DNA of 64,000 nucleotides from Takakia lepidozioides (lineage: Eukaryota > Plantae > Bryophyta), in assembly GCA_030704615.1 (NCBI GenBank), contig CM060732.1, forward strand, positions 15,500,001 through 15,564,000, given 5' to 3'. The stretch's first letter is position 1. Every line of letters starts with the position of its first letter. The notes beneath the pieces were generated by a model. The model ran no database searches, was not told where the DNA came from, and was given only the letters and a program-made list of their open reading frames with translations. Both the position numbers and the translations under genes were made by a program. Positions 1-12,265 of this stretch are shown in pieces.

Positions 1-2743
1 CACCCCCAATTGCGAAGTCCGACGCATCTGTATGAATCTCGAACAGACGATCGAACTCCGGGATTTTCAGAACTGGAGCTTCCGCCATCCGCTGCTTCAA
101 TTCAGCAAAAGCTTGGCCACAAAAGGTGTTCCATGCCCAGACTTTGGATTTACACAGAAGGTCTGACAGCGGCCCCGCGATCTTGGTGAAATTTCTCACA
201 TACTTCCGGTAATAGGAGGCGAGTCCTAGGAAGGATCGCACTCCCGGGACCGAAGTCGGAGGCTCCCAGTCCAAGATTGCCCTCACCTTCCTGTCATCCA
301 TTTTGATCCCTTCCTGTGTAATCACATGCCCCAGGAACTCTACTTTTGTGACCCCGAATTCGCACATGGAAGCTTTGGCATACAGCTTCCCTTCCCGCAA
401 TTTTTGGAACACCCTTTTGAGGTGCTCCAGGTGCGAATACACCAAGATGTCATCGATGTACACGATCACAAAGTCATCCAACCACTCCTGGAAGAGACTG
501 TTCATCAGCGTGCTAAAGGTTGCGGGTGCATTGGTGAGCCCAAAAGGCATCACCAAGAACTCATATGAACCATACCTTGTCCTGCACGCGGTCTTCTCCA
601 CGTCTCTTTCCGCCACCCGAATTTGATGATAGCCGGAGCGCACGTCGATCCGGCTGAAATACTTCGCTCCTGCCAACCGGTCGAAAGGGTCGTCAATCCT
701 TGGCAAAGGGTACCGGTTTTTGATAGTCACCTTATTCAAAGCCCTGTAATCGACACACATCCGCAACGTCCCATCCTTCTTGTCTGCGAATAGCACCGGG
801 GCTCCGTAAGGTGACTTACTCGGCTGGATGTACCCCTTTGACATTAGATCCTTGAGCTGAGTCTTCAGCTCGACCAACTCTCTGTGGCTCAACCGGTAGG
901 GCGCCTTGGCAGGCGGTTTCGATCCCGGTATCACCTCAATCTTGTGGTCAACTCCTCTTCGCGGTGGCAAGCCGCTTGGTAAATCCTCCGGCATCACATC
1001 CTGGTATTTCTCCAAAATCCCCTTGATCCAATCTGGGCTCGGCTCCCCATCGCCTTCTCCCTTCACTTCTCTAATGTAAAGCAAAAACTGGGGCTCGTGT
1101 GCCTCCTCCATGGCCCACTCCCTTGCTGACAGAAGGTTTATTCGCCCTCCCACGGGTTTGGGCGTTTCCGACACTCATAAGACCTCGCCACCATTCCCAC
1201 ATGGCAGCGTGACTACTCTCTTGCGGCCATCTATGACCGCTCCGGATTTGCTCAAAAAGGTCATCCCCAAAATGAGATCCACTCCATCGATCTCGCAGAT
1301 GGTGAAGTTCTCACGTCCCTCCCAACTCCCCAGTTGAAGAGGGACATCGAACGCCAACCTCGTCGCCAATTGCGGTTCTCCTTTGGCAGAACGCACCTCA
1401 ATGGAGGCCCCCACGTCACTTGTCGGGAGTCCCAGCTTTTGTGCCGTTGCCGGTGTCAGGAAGGAGTGCGACGCTCCTGTGTCCACCAACAATGACACGT
1501 TAGTTCCGGATATTATCCCATCCACGAACAGTAACTGACTCCCTTTACGTAAGGCGCCCGTTTCCTGATACAACTCACAAGAAAATTTGCCTACCTTGCA
1601 AGTCCTCGCGACCACCGCTTCCACTAAGCGACTGATGGTATCTTCCGACAGCTCCGTGGTCGCCCGAGTCATGTTCAATTGTCGGGGTTTGTGCACTTCT
1701 TGGCCATGTGCCCGGGCTCCCCGCAATTGAAACACACTCCATCGAATGTCACCTTCTGTCCACCATAAGGCGCTGCACCTACTTTTCCTTTCGGAGCACC
1801 AGGTGCCGCCTTGACGTGTGAAGGCCCTCCCTTTGATTTCCACGTGCCATTGTCGCTGCGTGGCCTATCCCACTTCTTTTCCGGTCGGAAGGAGTCACCT
1901 TCCCGCCGGGTCTTCTTGTGGTTCAGCTCCGTACGGCCTTGTCTGTCGCCCCTAGGGACATCCGAGAAACATTCAGCCCTCTCAATGGCCTCGTTCAAAG
2001 TCTTGGGTGGCTTCTCCTCCAACTTCCGCCTGGCCCATGGGGCCAGTCCCGCCACAAAGTTGAAGACCATTTCTGGTTCTGCCATGTCCGCGACTTTGAG
2101 CAACAGCACATTGAAAGCCTGGACATATCCCCGAATGTCATCTGTTTGCTTCAAATTCCTCATCTTGTCCCGGGCGAGCCAGGACGCATTGAGGGGCACA
2201 AACTGTCTCTTCATCAATTCCTTGAACCCACTCCAGTTCAAGGTTTCCGGGCTTGGACCTCGGTCGTGAAGGCGTTTCTGCCACCATTGTTGAGCATAGC
2301 CCCTCAAATAGGTGGGAGCCATCCTCGTAACTCAACTTGGCCACCCGGAAGTACTGCTCTAGCTCCAGGAGCCAGGTGTTGAGTGCCTTCCGATTTCGGA
2401 CGCCCTCGAAGGTGTCGGGTTCCTTAGGCTTCACCTTAAACTTCGCCTTAGTGGAAGTGGCATTAGCCGCCTTCAACACGTCTTTCAACGTCCTGCCAAA
2501 CTGCGCCAGCAACCCTTCCCAAAAGGCTGCCGGCATGGGAGGCATCTGTTGGTTTGTCGGAGCTCTCAAGGATTCCTCGGGCTCCGACTCCTCAGATTCC
2601 TCCCGCTCTTGCGCGGCCTCATTTTCAAAAGCATGCATCGCTTCCTCAAATGGCCGCCTCGGTGACACGTCGCCCCCATCGGGCTCACCAGGGTCATCAT
2701 CTTTTGGGCCGTTCCGCTTTCGCTTTGGCTTGCCCGACCCCAT
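1..2743 (-). pseudogene. gag-pol: gag-pol, frameshifted (partial)
   Basis: ORF pieces 2138-2797, 1675-2322 and 1175-1843; 11-bp deletion in gag (KLSYEDG vs intact KLSDEDRVEVAPT in the 57625 copy). Confidence 0.9.
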
Positions 2744-2784
2744 GATGAGGCCAATCCCAAGGACGATCGCGTACTGAACTCTAA

Positions 2785-2796
2785 GCTCTGATACCA
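2785..2796 (-). promoter_or_regulatory. Primer binding site, tRNA-iMet
   Basis: Reverse complement TGGTATCAGAGC, 2 nt from the LTR end. Confidence 0.95.
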
Positions 2797-2798
2797 AG

Positions 2799-3521
2799 TG
2801 TCGCGCACCTCACTTCGGTAAGCTCCCCCTCAAGTCATAGTTACTCGCTTTGATGCGCGCGCCTAACTCCCAACCTGGCCGCCGGGCCAACTTGGAGCTT
2901 CGGCTGCTCACCGGGGCATAACGGTCCCCCTTTGTTCTCCCGAAGAACCCTCCACCGATTTGGAACCAGCGGGAATTCCCTTTGGTAGTTGGCAGTCCGG
3001 AACAGCTCCCCACTCTTTGGTCGCTTTCCGGCTCGCTCGCTTACTCACTAGTTTTTGGTCACCAACGGGCTTGCACCGTTCTCGGGGTTACTACTCCCTA
3101 TATATACTTCTGTAGCTGTCCGCGGGGGTTCCACAAACAGCCATGCCATTTTATGGTGAACCACCACGAAGACCCTCGACTCCGGTGGTGAGTCGCGGTG
3201 AGTCTTGGCCCACTCACCACGGCCCCAATGGACCGTGATGAGTCCCAAGACTCCCCACGACTCCCACCACGAGGTCTCCACCCATGGTGAGTCCTATGCC
3301 ACCCCCACTAAGTCCCGCTAAGCTACCACCACCCCTTGTGGAGCCACCCCCACCGCAACCCGGTGTGCGGGGCTCCACCTAGTGAGCGCCTCCGCCTCCT
3401 TGAGTGCCTTGGGCACTCAAGGGTGCTTCAGCCCCCTACCTATCGCTGCTACTGCCCCCACCACAGGGGCAGCCCCTCCTGTGTCCCGACCCCCTGCCCT
3501 CAAGGCAAAGGGGCCGCGACA
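2799..3521 (-). repeat. 5' LTR of chromovirus copy 1
   Basis: TGTCGCG...CGCGACA termini; matches 41078-41802, 47310-48034 and 57012-57649. Confidence 0.95.
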
Positions 3522-4034
3522 GGATGTGCCGCAAATGGCTAAGTTCCAGAACCTAACTGGCCCGGAACTGATCTTGGCGCCGAATTTCCAGAATGAGTGC
3601 CAGCAACCCCGGGACTTAGCCATTTTCGGGGGTCCGGGTACTGAAATTCGGCCGCCATTTTTCCAGGCTTGTGTCTGAAATGCTAAGTCCCAGAACTGAC
3701 TGGGCCCGGAGGAACTGGAAAAAATGGCGCCAATTCCAAGAATGAGTGCCAGCCAACCCCCGAGACTTGCCATTTTTGGGGCCCTGTACTGGAAACTTCG
3801 GCGATTTTTCCAGGCATGTCCGAAATGGCTAAAGCGAATTTCACAAAAGTGGTGACAAACCACCCCAGAGACCTAGCCATCCGCCCAGCCCAGGGCCGAA
3901 TCAGGAAATTCGGCGCCATTTTTTCTAGGGACTTCTTCACAACCAATTTTCATGCGCCCACATAAGGTGTCTTACATCCTGGAACTGTAGGGACTACAAT
4001 GGCCATGGATCAAAGAGGAGCACAGCGTATCTAC

Positions 4035-6352
4035 CTGTACAGAAGGCGCATTGCCGCTTTGTCCGCGTTCGGCTGGTCGGTGAACTCGTGGCTCCGGCGG
4101 GCATGGGGTATCTCTCGAAAGAATAGGTCGGTCTTGTAGAGCAGAAAGTACCTCGTCACATAGTCGTGTAGGCTCTCTGCTTCACTAGAAATCTCCAGCT
4201 TGAACTGATGTGCTTGGGTGTCTGCAAGTTGCTCTTGCGCATTCGTCGTCACCTGTGGAGATTCTCCATCAGACCGCATTCCTCATAAATACAATAAATC
4301 CACGATGAAGCGTGGGAAAGTACCTGAAACCACCATGTCATGCGGGTTCATCCACATGTCGAAGGGGGGGTCAGACAGTTTGTCGGGTTTGGGGAAGCTC
4401 CACATGTCCTTGTACTCTGGGAACCATTTCAGATTTGGAAGCCACCGGGTCTGCCCAACCACCGTGCATATTAGTAAGCCCAAACACCACAAAAAATGAA
4501 TTGTTTGCCACCACAATTTGGTTAAGAATGTATAACCTTTTCTGTTGCATCCACATAGGATGTGGCTAGACGATGCAGCTTCTCCAATGCATCATGGGCT
4601 TCAGAGCGTGGGAGTAGTGCTTCCCCACTCCACCAAAAAGTCGGCACCAAGGGCGGGATCAGCTATGGCCACGTACTTACCATCCGCGACTTGTACTTGA
4701 TGCGGGCCTTCGCCTCCGCAGCTTTGAGATACGATTCCAGTGCCGGGAGGGTTAGTTTCTTCTCATCTGACTCCATGTAGAACCTCCGCGCATGTGCAAA
4801 TCCTGCTGAGTTTTCGTCTGTCAAGAATGCGCACATAAGATTAGAAATCCTGGTCCACACTTTTTCTTCTATTGGGGGAGAAAAAAGACAGATTACCTCA
4901 ACAAATAGTTAGGAGCTTGTACCCAAAAATGTAGTCCACCATGCGTCCATGCTCAGCCTATACCAACTTTGTTGCTTTGCCTCCGACTTGCGCAGGGGGT
5001 CGGCACTGAGCGAATTGGCAAACTCTTGCACCCCCTGCTTCCCGACATCCTTCACTCGGAAGAGCATGTGGGACAAGTTGGTGGCAATGAAGGCATTCTC
5101 AGTCACCCTGCAATGGCCGTTTCCATTAAACGATACTGAAATGAGAATTTGCAGCAGCAAATATGACGATTGGCGATGAAATGACTTTCAAGTTAACTTT
5201 CAAAGCAAGAGGCATTGTAACTTACAAGTTGATGTCTGCCATTGCAGCTTTCAGAAGACTTCGATCTTTGGGCCCCGCAACCTTAGCACAACACACTCCA
5301 CGGCGTAATGCCAATCAGGTTGTGGGGTGGGCTTGGGCTATGTGCTCCATCCATGCCAGGAGGCAATGTGTCGTCCCACACGGAAAACATCTTTACGGCT
5401 GGAAAAGAGGATCAGTAGCAATCAATCTCTCGAACTCCTCATTTCGCCTTTGCCAAAGGGGACCCATTTGTCCACCTCATCGGAAGTGTGGGAATGGAAG
5501 CTCCCTGTCGTTCTCAATGGAACGTAAAACGCGGCAGGCAGACCCCCCCATTCGATATCCCTCCGGAAAAGAGAATGTCAGCTTGTCGATATCGCCTGGG
5601 AGGGCAGGTCTCACCACCTGCAATGATACCTAGCGGCAAAGGGGAATCCGAAGTTTGGAAGGGGGTAGCGGGGACCATGCCCCCAGGACCTGCCAATGTG
5701 TTGTGGGGGTGCTCAAAACATCTTGGCAGCGGCCAAAGGCCCAAAGGGGGTGATCCAAAAAAATGCAAGAAAAACCAGGTCCGACGACTGCTATCGAAAA
5801 CTATCTGACTGAGCTCGAGATGCAGTAGCGGCTTATGGAGTGACTGCAGGAACAGCAGTGGGAGCTGAGAGGGAGATTCGATGATAAAAAAACCGTGTCG
5901 CGCTTGTCTTCACTCTGTCATCCCAAAAATCGTGAGAGCCAAAATCGCAATGAAATGGAAGCAAAAAAATGAGAAAAACAATGAGAGGAGAGAGCAGAGT
6001 AAGAGGGAGTGGCATGGAGCAAAACCATGAAAAAAAAAAAAAGCAATGGCTAACAATCACATGCAGAAGCAGCAGAAGGATGCCAAAACAAACAAAAACA
6101 AAGCGAAAGAAGACGACCACACATGCTACATAAAGCGGAAGGAAGAAGCAGGGGCTCGCCTGAGAGTGCTCGGCGCTTCAGTGGGGCGCGTGGGCAGGTG
6201 AGCAAGAAAAGGGGGATCTCCTGCTGGAGCTTCAGTTGGGCCATGAAAGACGTGGTGACGCCGCCCGTAGTACAAAGGCTTGAGTTTGTTGTGAAGAGGG
6301 GTCTGGAATGTGGGTTTCTCTCAGGAGAGCCACGCCATTCTCCATGCGGCAT
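4035..6352 (-). pseudogene. ParB-like half of the ParB-MTase gene (A' duplicate)
   Basis: Fragments AHARRFYMES..KSRMV, VTENAFIATNLSHML and AAMRLLYR are homologous to exons of 12266-17477. Confidence 0.85.
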
Positions 6353-6734
6353 AAGTCTGAAGTAACAGAAAAATCTCCCGCAGAATGCATGCGTACAGGC
6401 CTTGAATGAAACTTCATCCAACCGTAACATCAGGAGGTCGAAGGCGTATCCCGGAAGCAAGCGCGGAATCCGTGTGGAACGTCCGGTTAAAAAAAAAGGA
6501 ACGGAGGAGGAGGACATTTAATGCGGAGCGGCGCCCTTAAATTGTCATAGGTACTGAGAGAGCTCGGCCACAGGCGCCACCTGGCCCAAACTCCCCCGAG
6601 ACTTAACTTCAACAGCTGGATGGAAAAAAATGGAGAAGAATTTAAAAGAAAGGGGTAGAGAAAGTTGAATTAAAAGGATAAGTGGAAGCAAGGTGTGGCC
6701 CTCCCTCCCCCGAGATGTTCTTATCCACAAGCCG

Positions 6735-7300
6735 CCGGAGGGAAAAATGGCGCCGAATTTCCATCTTGCAGGGAAGTCGGTCCACCTCCAGATGGAAAAC
6801 CCGGCTCCGAATTTGTCTCCAGCGGACGACATTGGTAGGGATAACGTGCCAAAAAAGTGGCCCGCAGGCAGAAAACTCTAAGTTGAGTGTGGTGGATTAG
6901 ACAAAAAAACGCAAGAAAAAAGAGAAGAAAAAAACTGATGCAACGACTGGAAATGTTGATGAAGGTCGATTTACGGGCGTCTGTGGATGGAAATTTTGGC
7001 GTCGTTTTTCCATCCTGCAGATGAATCTCTGTCGGCCAGGTGTGCCTCTCTGCCTGATACGACTTCATCCGAACGGCCTCGGATGGAATTCGGCGCGTTT
7101 TCCATCCGGGGAATGTCTCTGTCGGCCAGGGTCGGCCTCTCCCCCCGAGACGACTTCATCCGAACGGCCTCGGATGGAAATTCGGCGCCGTTTTTCCATC
7201 CTGCAGATGATATTGTCGGCCAGGGGTGTCGGTCTCTCCCCCGAGATGACTTCATCCGAACGGCCTCGGATGGAAATTCGGCGTCGTTTTTCCATCCCTG
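6735..7300. repeat. A-type palindrome array (duplicate)
   Basis: Repeated GGAAATTCGGCGCCGTTTTTCC-type units. Confidence 0.85.
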
Positions 7301-7571
7301 GGATGATCTCTAGCAGCCACGTGGGGCAGTCACCCTCCGATTGGACGTCATGTCGAAGTAAGTAAATGTTGTGCCTAATTCTTAGGCTACGGGTTATATT
7401 AAATGCCGAGCTTTTTCTTTGCCACTTGCCCGACCTTCGCTCGGGACCACGCGTTTCAAACCGAAACAACAACAACACTTCCTCGCTCCGAGCCCCTCTC
7501 ACTTCATCTTCCCCACCACCCCCCTCCCTGCGCACCCTCTTTGCTTCTTGGCAGCCCTTTCATAGTCGGCG

Positions 7572-8134
7572 ATGGCGTGCCGGGATCCCAACAACTGCCC
7601 AAAACAAGCATTCTCACACCCGTGAGACTTCTCGCCCAAGTCAAGGGATACATGCAGGATTGGATAGACCACTCTCAGCAGAGGAGGGTGCACCTGTCCG
7701 CTCTTGAGTACCTTCCTGGCTTCCACGATCAGCCTTGCGGGGACGGGATTGCGTGGCTTTGGTGCCTGCGAATCGTTGATTCTACCAATATCCGCCTACA
7801 TGGAACATCCCCAAAGCCGTACGGCCTTCCTACATCATTGGAGGTGCTGCCAGTGGGCCTACGAGGATTGCATCGGGTGTACGTACATGCCAGAGAGGAT
7901 TCCATCGCAAATAGTGTATGGGGACATTCTCATAAGCTACGGAGGATGAGTCCTATGGACACAAAGTCTCCACAGCAAAGATCTCGATTTACGATGGTGA
8001 ATTATATCGGAGGACATGACACGTTGTCCACTACACCAAAGGAGAAGGGGTTGCATCCATTGTCTTCACCTACCGACACCCTGTCAGTCATGAGCTTGGT
8101 GAGAGGCCAATCGAGGTTCCAACTTCTTGAGTGA
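7572..8134 (+). pseudogene. Orphan accessory gene (duplicate of 51984-52540, frameshifted)
   Basis: WLWCLRIVD, HHWRCCQWAYEDCIG and YGDILI motifs split across frames. Confidence 0.75.
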
Positions 8135-8696
8135 GAATAGTGCAACACGGGAGAAAAATTCCCAACTTACCTGAGATGGATGGCTCCCCTCGGCTTGTGA
8201 GGGCATGCATACTTATCACAGTTCATTATTAATAAAAATGTCTCCTTTGAACCAAAGTTCCACTTTTTGCGCATGTTGCATTTTTGTTGAATGTTGACTT
8301 TGGCAGCGAGGGTCTGGCACTCAATCTTGCAATCAGACCCACTGGAAGCCACCTCTGTCAGTTCCCTCTGTCCATGGGGAAAGTGCTGCACACTCGCCCC
8401 CCACGCTTCTTGTCAGATGCCCGTAATTATTGGTTTGCGCAAGCGCATCTGCCAGATCATTATACTTCTGACTGCATACCGTTGGCAATTATTGCGTAAA
8501 GGCCCAGGGGCCGCATTCCGCAGACAAGGTTCATTAACTCTCTGACAGTGGATTTTTGGGAGAGAGGGCTCCCCGGATTCGTGAATAGGCTTCGTCGCTT
8601 CCAAAAATGGCCCTGCATTCCTTCCCTCGCTGGCATCCCCCCTTCTCCGGGCGCTTGTCCGAACGCCGTCCTGGCAGTCTTGTGTGCACAACTCCC

Positions 8697-9835
8697 ATGG
8701 TCGAATAACCGAGCGCTATAGTGTACTGTCCTCCTCACGAGCATAGAGCTACATTTCCGTGCAGAGGGGAGATCTGCCGGGTGATGGAGAAATATCTCTG
8801 CGTTCGAAACAACCTGAAACCGGGGTCGGTATTTTTGGGGAGGAAAAGAAGGAGGATGCAAACGGAGTTGTATTCGAAGTATTGTTGTGCTCCACGATGA
8901 TTTCGGCGACGGCAGGGAATGGCGAGTTCCACCATCGGACAGCGTCATATACAAGGCGTTGGGCGAACTTCATTTCCCGCCAAAATGTGCCTTCTATCCT
9001 GGCGCCTTCCACGAAACAATCCGCGAATCAGAGAGTGGGTACCTCAAGAGAGAAGTCCGCAACGAAGTATATCCAGAGCCGAACCATCAATGAAGCGAGC
9101 GGAGAAGAACCGGGTTGTTCACAACCTGTCCGACTCCGACGAGGTCATGGAAGTTCGAGATCATCCTGGAGATCAGGCAAGTCCTCAAGACAATCAGAGG
9201 ACGAGGGGAGTCAATTCCCAGCACGAACACAACAGTTCGATCCATCTTGAAATTCTGCGCGGGGCTTCACCAATGGGGGACAACCGGCACTGTTCGGAGC
9301 TGGCGGGCTGGACTACAGCACGTTTGCAATTAAATCAGTTACATGCCTTCCCGCAGACGTCGACGGTAATATCTTCTTGGGAGTTCCCTCCTCGAACGGA
9401 CTATTCGAGGGCGTCCGGAATGTGACAGATATGGATATGAGACATGACGGTCATCCTTGGTGCGTCACCAAAACCACCAGCATGAGATGCTCGATGGGTG
9501 CGGGTGCGCTACGTTTTTGTGTGGGCGCGTTGCGGTGTTTGTTCCCCCAACTTGCTTCCACTTAAATCCAGAGGTCACAGGGGAACGAGATGGACTGGAC
9601 AGGCACAACAAATCAACCATTTCGAGCTCAGGAGAAGGTTCAAAACTCCACATTTAAGTGTGCGCATTGCAAAGAACCACCACATTGCATGTCTGTTTGT
9701 AATGCCAAGCAGTTCTATGTGTTGCACCGTTTCCCGGACCTCACACGAGCTTGAATAAAAGGTGGTTCCCCCATTGTCACAAATTGGCGAGGGGGAACTC
9801 GCGGGAGGCTGCCCACAAGGCAGAGCAGCTCCTTC
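8697..9835 (+). pseudogene. MULE transposase N-terminal part (duplicate of 53108-54235)
   Basis: HDGHPWCVTKTTSM motif; ends at the N gap. Confidence 0.85.
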
Positions 9836-10335
9836 NNNNNNNNNNNNNNNNNNNNNNNNNNNNNNNNNNNNNNNNNNNNNNNNNNNNNNNNNNNNNNNNN
9901 NNNNNNNNNNNNNNNNNNNNNNNNNNNNNNNNNNNNNNNNNNNNNNNNNNNNNNNNNNNNNNNNNNNNNNNNNNNNNNNNNNNNNNNNNNNNNNNNNNNN
10001 NNNNNNNNNNNNNNNNNNNNNNNNNNNNNNNNNNNNNNNNNNNNNNNNNNNNNNNNNNNNNNNNNNNNNNNNNNNNNNNNNNNNNNNNNNNNNNNNNNNN
10101 NNNNNNNNNNNNNNNNNNNNNNNNNNNNNNNNNNNNNNNNNNNNNNNNNNNNNNNNNNNNNNNNNNNNNNNNNNNNNNNNNNNNNNNNNNNNNNNNNNNN
10201 NNNNNNNNNNNNNNNNNNNNNNNNNNNNNNNNNNNNNNNNNNNNNNNNNNNNNNNNNNNNNNNNNNNNNNNNNNNNNNNNNNNNNNNNNNNNNNNNNNNN
10301 NNNNNNNNNNNNNNNNNNNNNNNNNNNNNNNNNNN
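9836..10335. other. Assembly gap (500 N)
   Basis: Run of N. Confidence 1.
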
Positions 10336-11970
10336 AACGCATTTCCATCCGCAAGCCAACTTAAGTAAGGTGGAAAACGTAAATGCGGTACCGCATTTCC
10401 GTTCTTGAGTGAGATTTATGAACAACGGGAACAACATGCGGCACCGCATTTCCGTCCGAGTCGCACTTTTCGACATTCCAGAACGGAATGCGGTGCCTCC
10501 GCATTTCCCATTTTGTATCTGATGCATGGAGCTGAGGGATAGGAAATGCTGCAGCACATTTCCTCCTTAAAACATCTACTCTCGAGAACGAAATGCGGTA
10601 CCGGCATTTTCATTCAACAAGCACGTATGTGAAGGTGGAACGAAATGCGGTACCCGCATTTCCGTTCTGATTGAGAATTATGAAACAACGGAACAGAAAT
10701 GCGGCACCGCATTTCCGTCAAAGTCGCACTTTTCGACATTCCATTAAGGAAATGCGGCGCCGCATTTCCATTTTGTATCTGATCCTGGAGCCGAGTAAGA
10801 TTCCGACAGCTTCATACAGCGCAATTCCGACCGGTTGAGACATTCACACTATCCAGAACGGAAATGCGGCACCGCATTTCCGTTCTGACTGAAAATCGCG
10901 AACTATCTGAACTGAAATGCGGCACCGTATTTCCATCCGAGTCGCACCTACCATCATTCCAGAACGGAAATGCGGCCACCGCATTTCCGTTCTGACTGAA
11001 AATCGTGAACCATCGGAACTGAATTGCGGCAACGTATTTCCATCCGAGTCGCACCTACCATCAGGCCAGAACGGAAATGCGGCACCGCATTTCCTTTCTG
11101 ACTGAAAATCGTGAACCATCGGAACTGAAATGCGGCAGCGCATTTCCATCCGAGTCGCACCTCCCAACATTCCAGAACGGAATGTATTAGATTTAAAAGG
11201 AAATGCGGCACCGCATTTCCGTTCTGATGAAATATCCTGAAACATCGGAATTGAAATGCGGTACCGCATTTCCGTCGGAGTCCCACCATCCGACATTCCA
11301 AAACGGAAATGCGGCACCGCATTTCCGTTTTGTATGTGAGGCATGGAGTGTGGAACGAAAATGCGGGAAGGCATTTCCCCGCCAGCGTCAGACGTTAATA
11401 CTCTACAGAACGGAATTCGGTACCGCATTTCCATTCTGACTGAAAATCGTGCGCAACGGGTACAGAAATGCGGCACCGCATTTCCGTTCGAGTCGCACCT
11501 TCCGACATTCTCGAACGGAAATGCGGCGCCGCATTTCCGTTTTGTATATTCGGCCTGGAGCTGTGCTACGGAAATGTGTTGCCGCATTCCATCCATGTGA
11601 GACCTTCAACCTTTCCAGACCGGAAATGCGACACCGCATTTCTGTCCAGTGAACCTCTATACTTTCCCGAACGGAAATGTGGCACGGCATTTCCATTCAT
11701 CAACTACCGTATGTGAAGTGGAACGGAAATGCGGCGCCGCATTTCCCTTCTGAATCTCATACTTGGAGCTGTGGGACGGAAATGCGGCACCGTATTTCCG
11801 TTCAACAACTAAGGTATGTGAAGGTGGAACGGAAATGCGGTGCCGCATTTTCTTCCAACAAGTACGGATGTGTAGCAGAGTGATCGTACTTAACGGAAAT
11901 GCGGCGCCGCATTCGCATTCTCGCTCCAACTCATCAGACGCTGGGACGGAAATGCCTTGAAATGTGAACA
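10336..11970. repeat. B-type palindrome array, roughly 28 copies of GGAAATGCGG-NN-CCGCATTTCC, ~53-bp period (106-bp dimer)
   Basis: Starts read at 10860, 10913, 10966, 11020, 11073, 11126, 11199, 11252, 11305 ... 11831, 11895, 11948. Confidence 0.95.
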
Positions 11971-12265
11971 CGTGGAGCAACGGAATTGCTTGCACATGTC
12001 GGCACTCTATCTGACTGAAGGGGCATGAGGCGGCGCGGCCTGACCGTTGATAATGATGTTTGATTTTCGGACGGCGGGCGTACCCTCAACGATTCGAATT
12101 TCGTAATGACGCAAACTCCACGAGGAGACACTTTCGTCCAACCTTTCGAACCCAAGTGGTGCATCACCGCCGTTTCATCTACTTTTGTCGTGTCTCCTCA
12201 GTCACCCCTCTCGCGCCCCTTTCCATCTGCACTCTTTGCCCCTTTTCCCTCTCTCTGTTCTTCTT

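Larger units (their letters stand above)
1..3521 (-). mobile_element. Ty3/gypsy chromovirus LTR retrotransposon (Galadriel-like), copy 1, truncated by window edge
   Basis: Minus-strand gag (CFNCGEPGHMAKKC zinc knuckle), protease (LVDTGAS) and RT/RNaseH sequence; PBS and 5' LTR at right; near-identical to 44500-48034. Confidence 0.95.
3522..9835. mobile_element. MULE (lineage A') internal fragment, indel-rich duplicate of 48035-54235
   Basis: Same LTR junction (gaca|ggatgtg), same gene order and same premature stop (cttgaataa) as the 48035 copy. Confidence 0.9.

Noticed and set aside
9575-10557. Long ORFs spanning poly-X
   Set aside because: Artefacts of the 500-N gap
10336-11970. CRISPR-like appearance (22-bp palindromic repeat with ~31-bp spacers)
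   Set aside because: Spacers are related to each other (alternating duplicated types), repeats are degenerate, there are no cas genes, and the context is eukaryotic with introns
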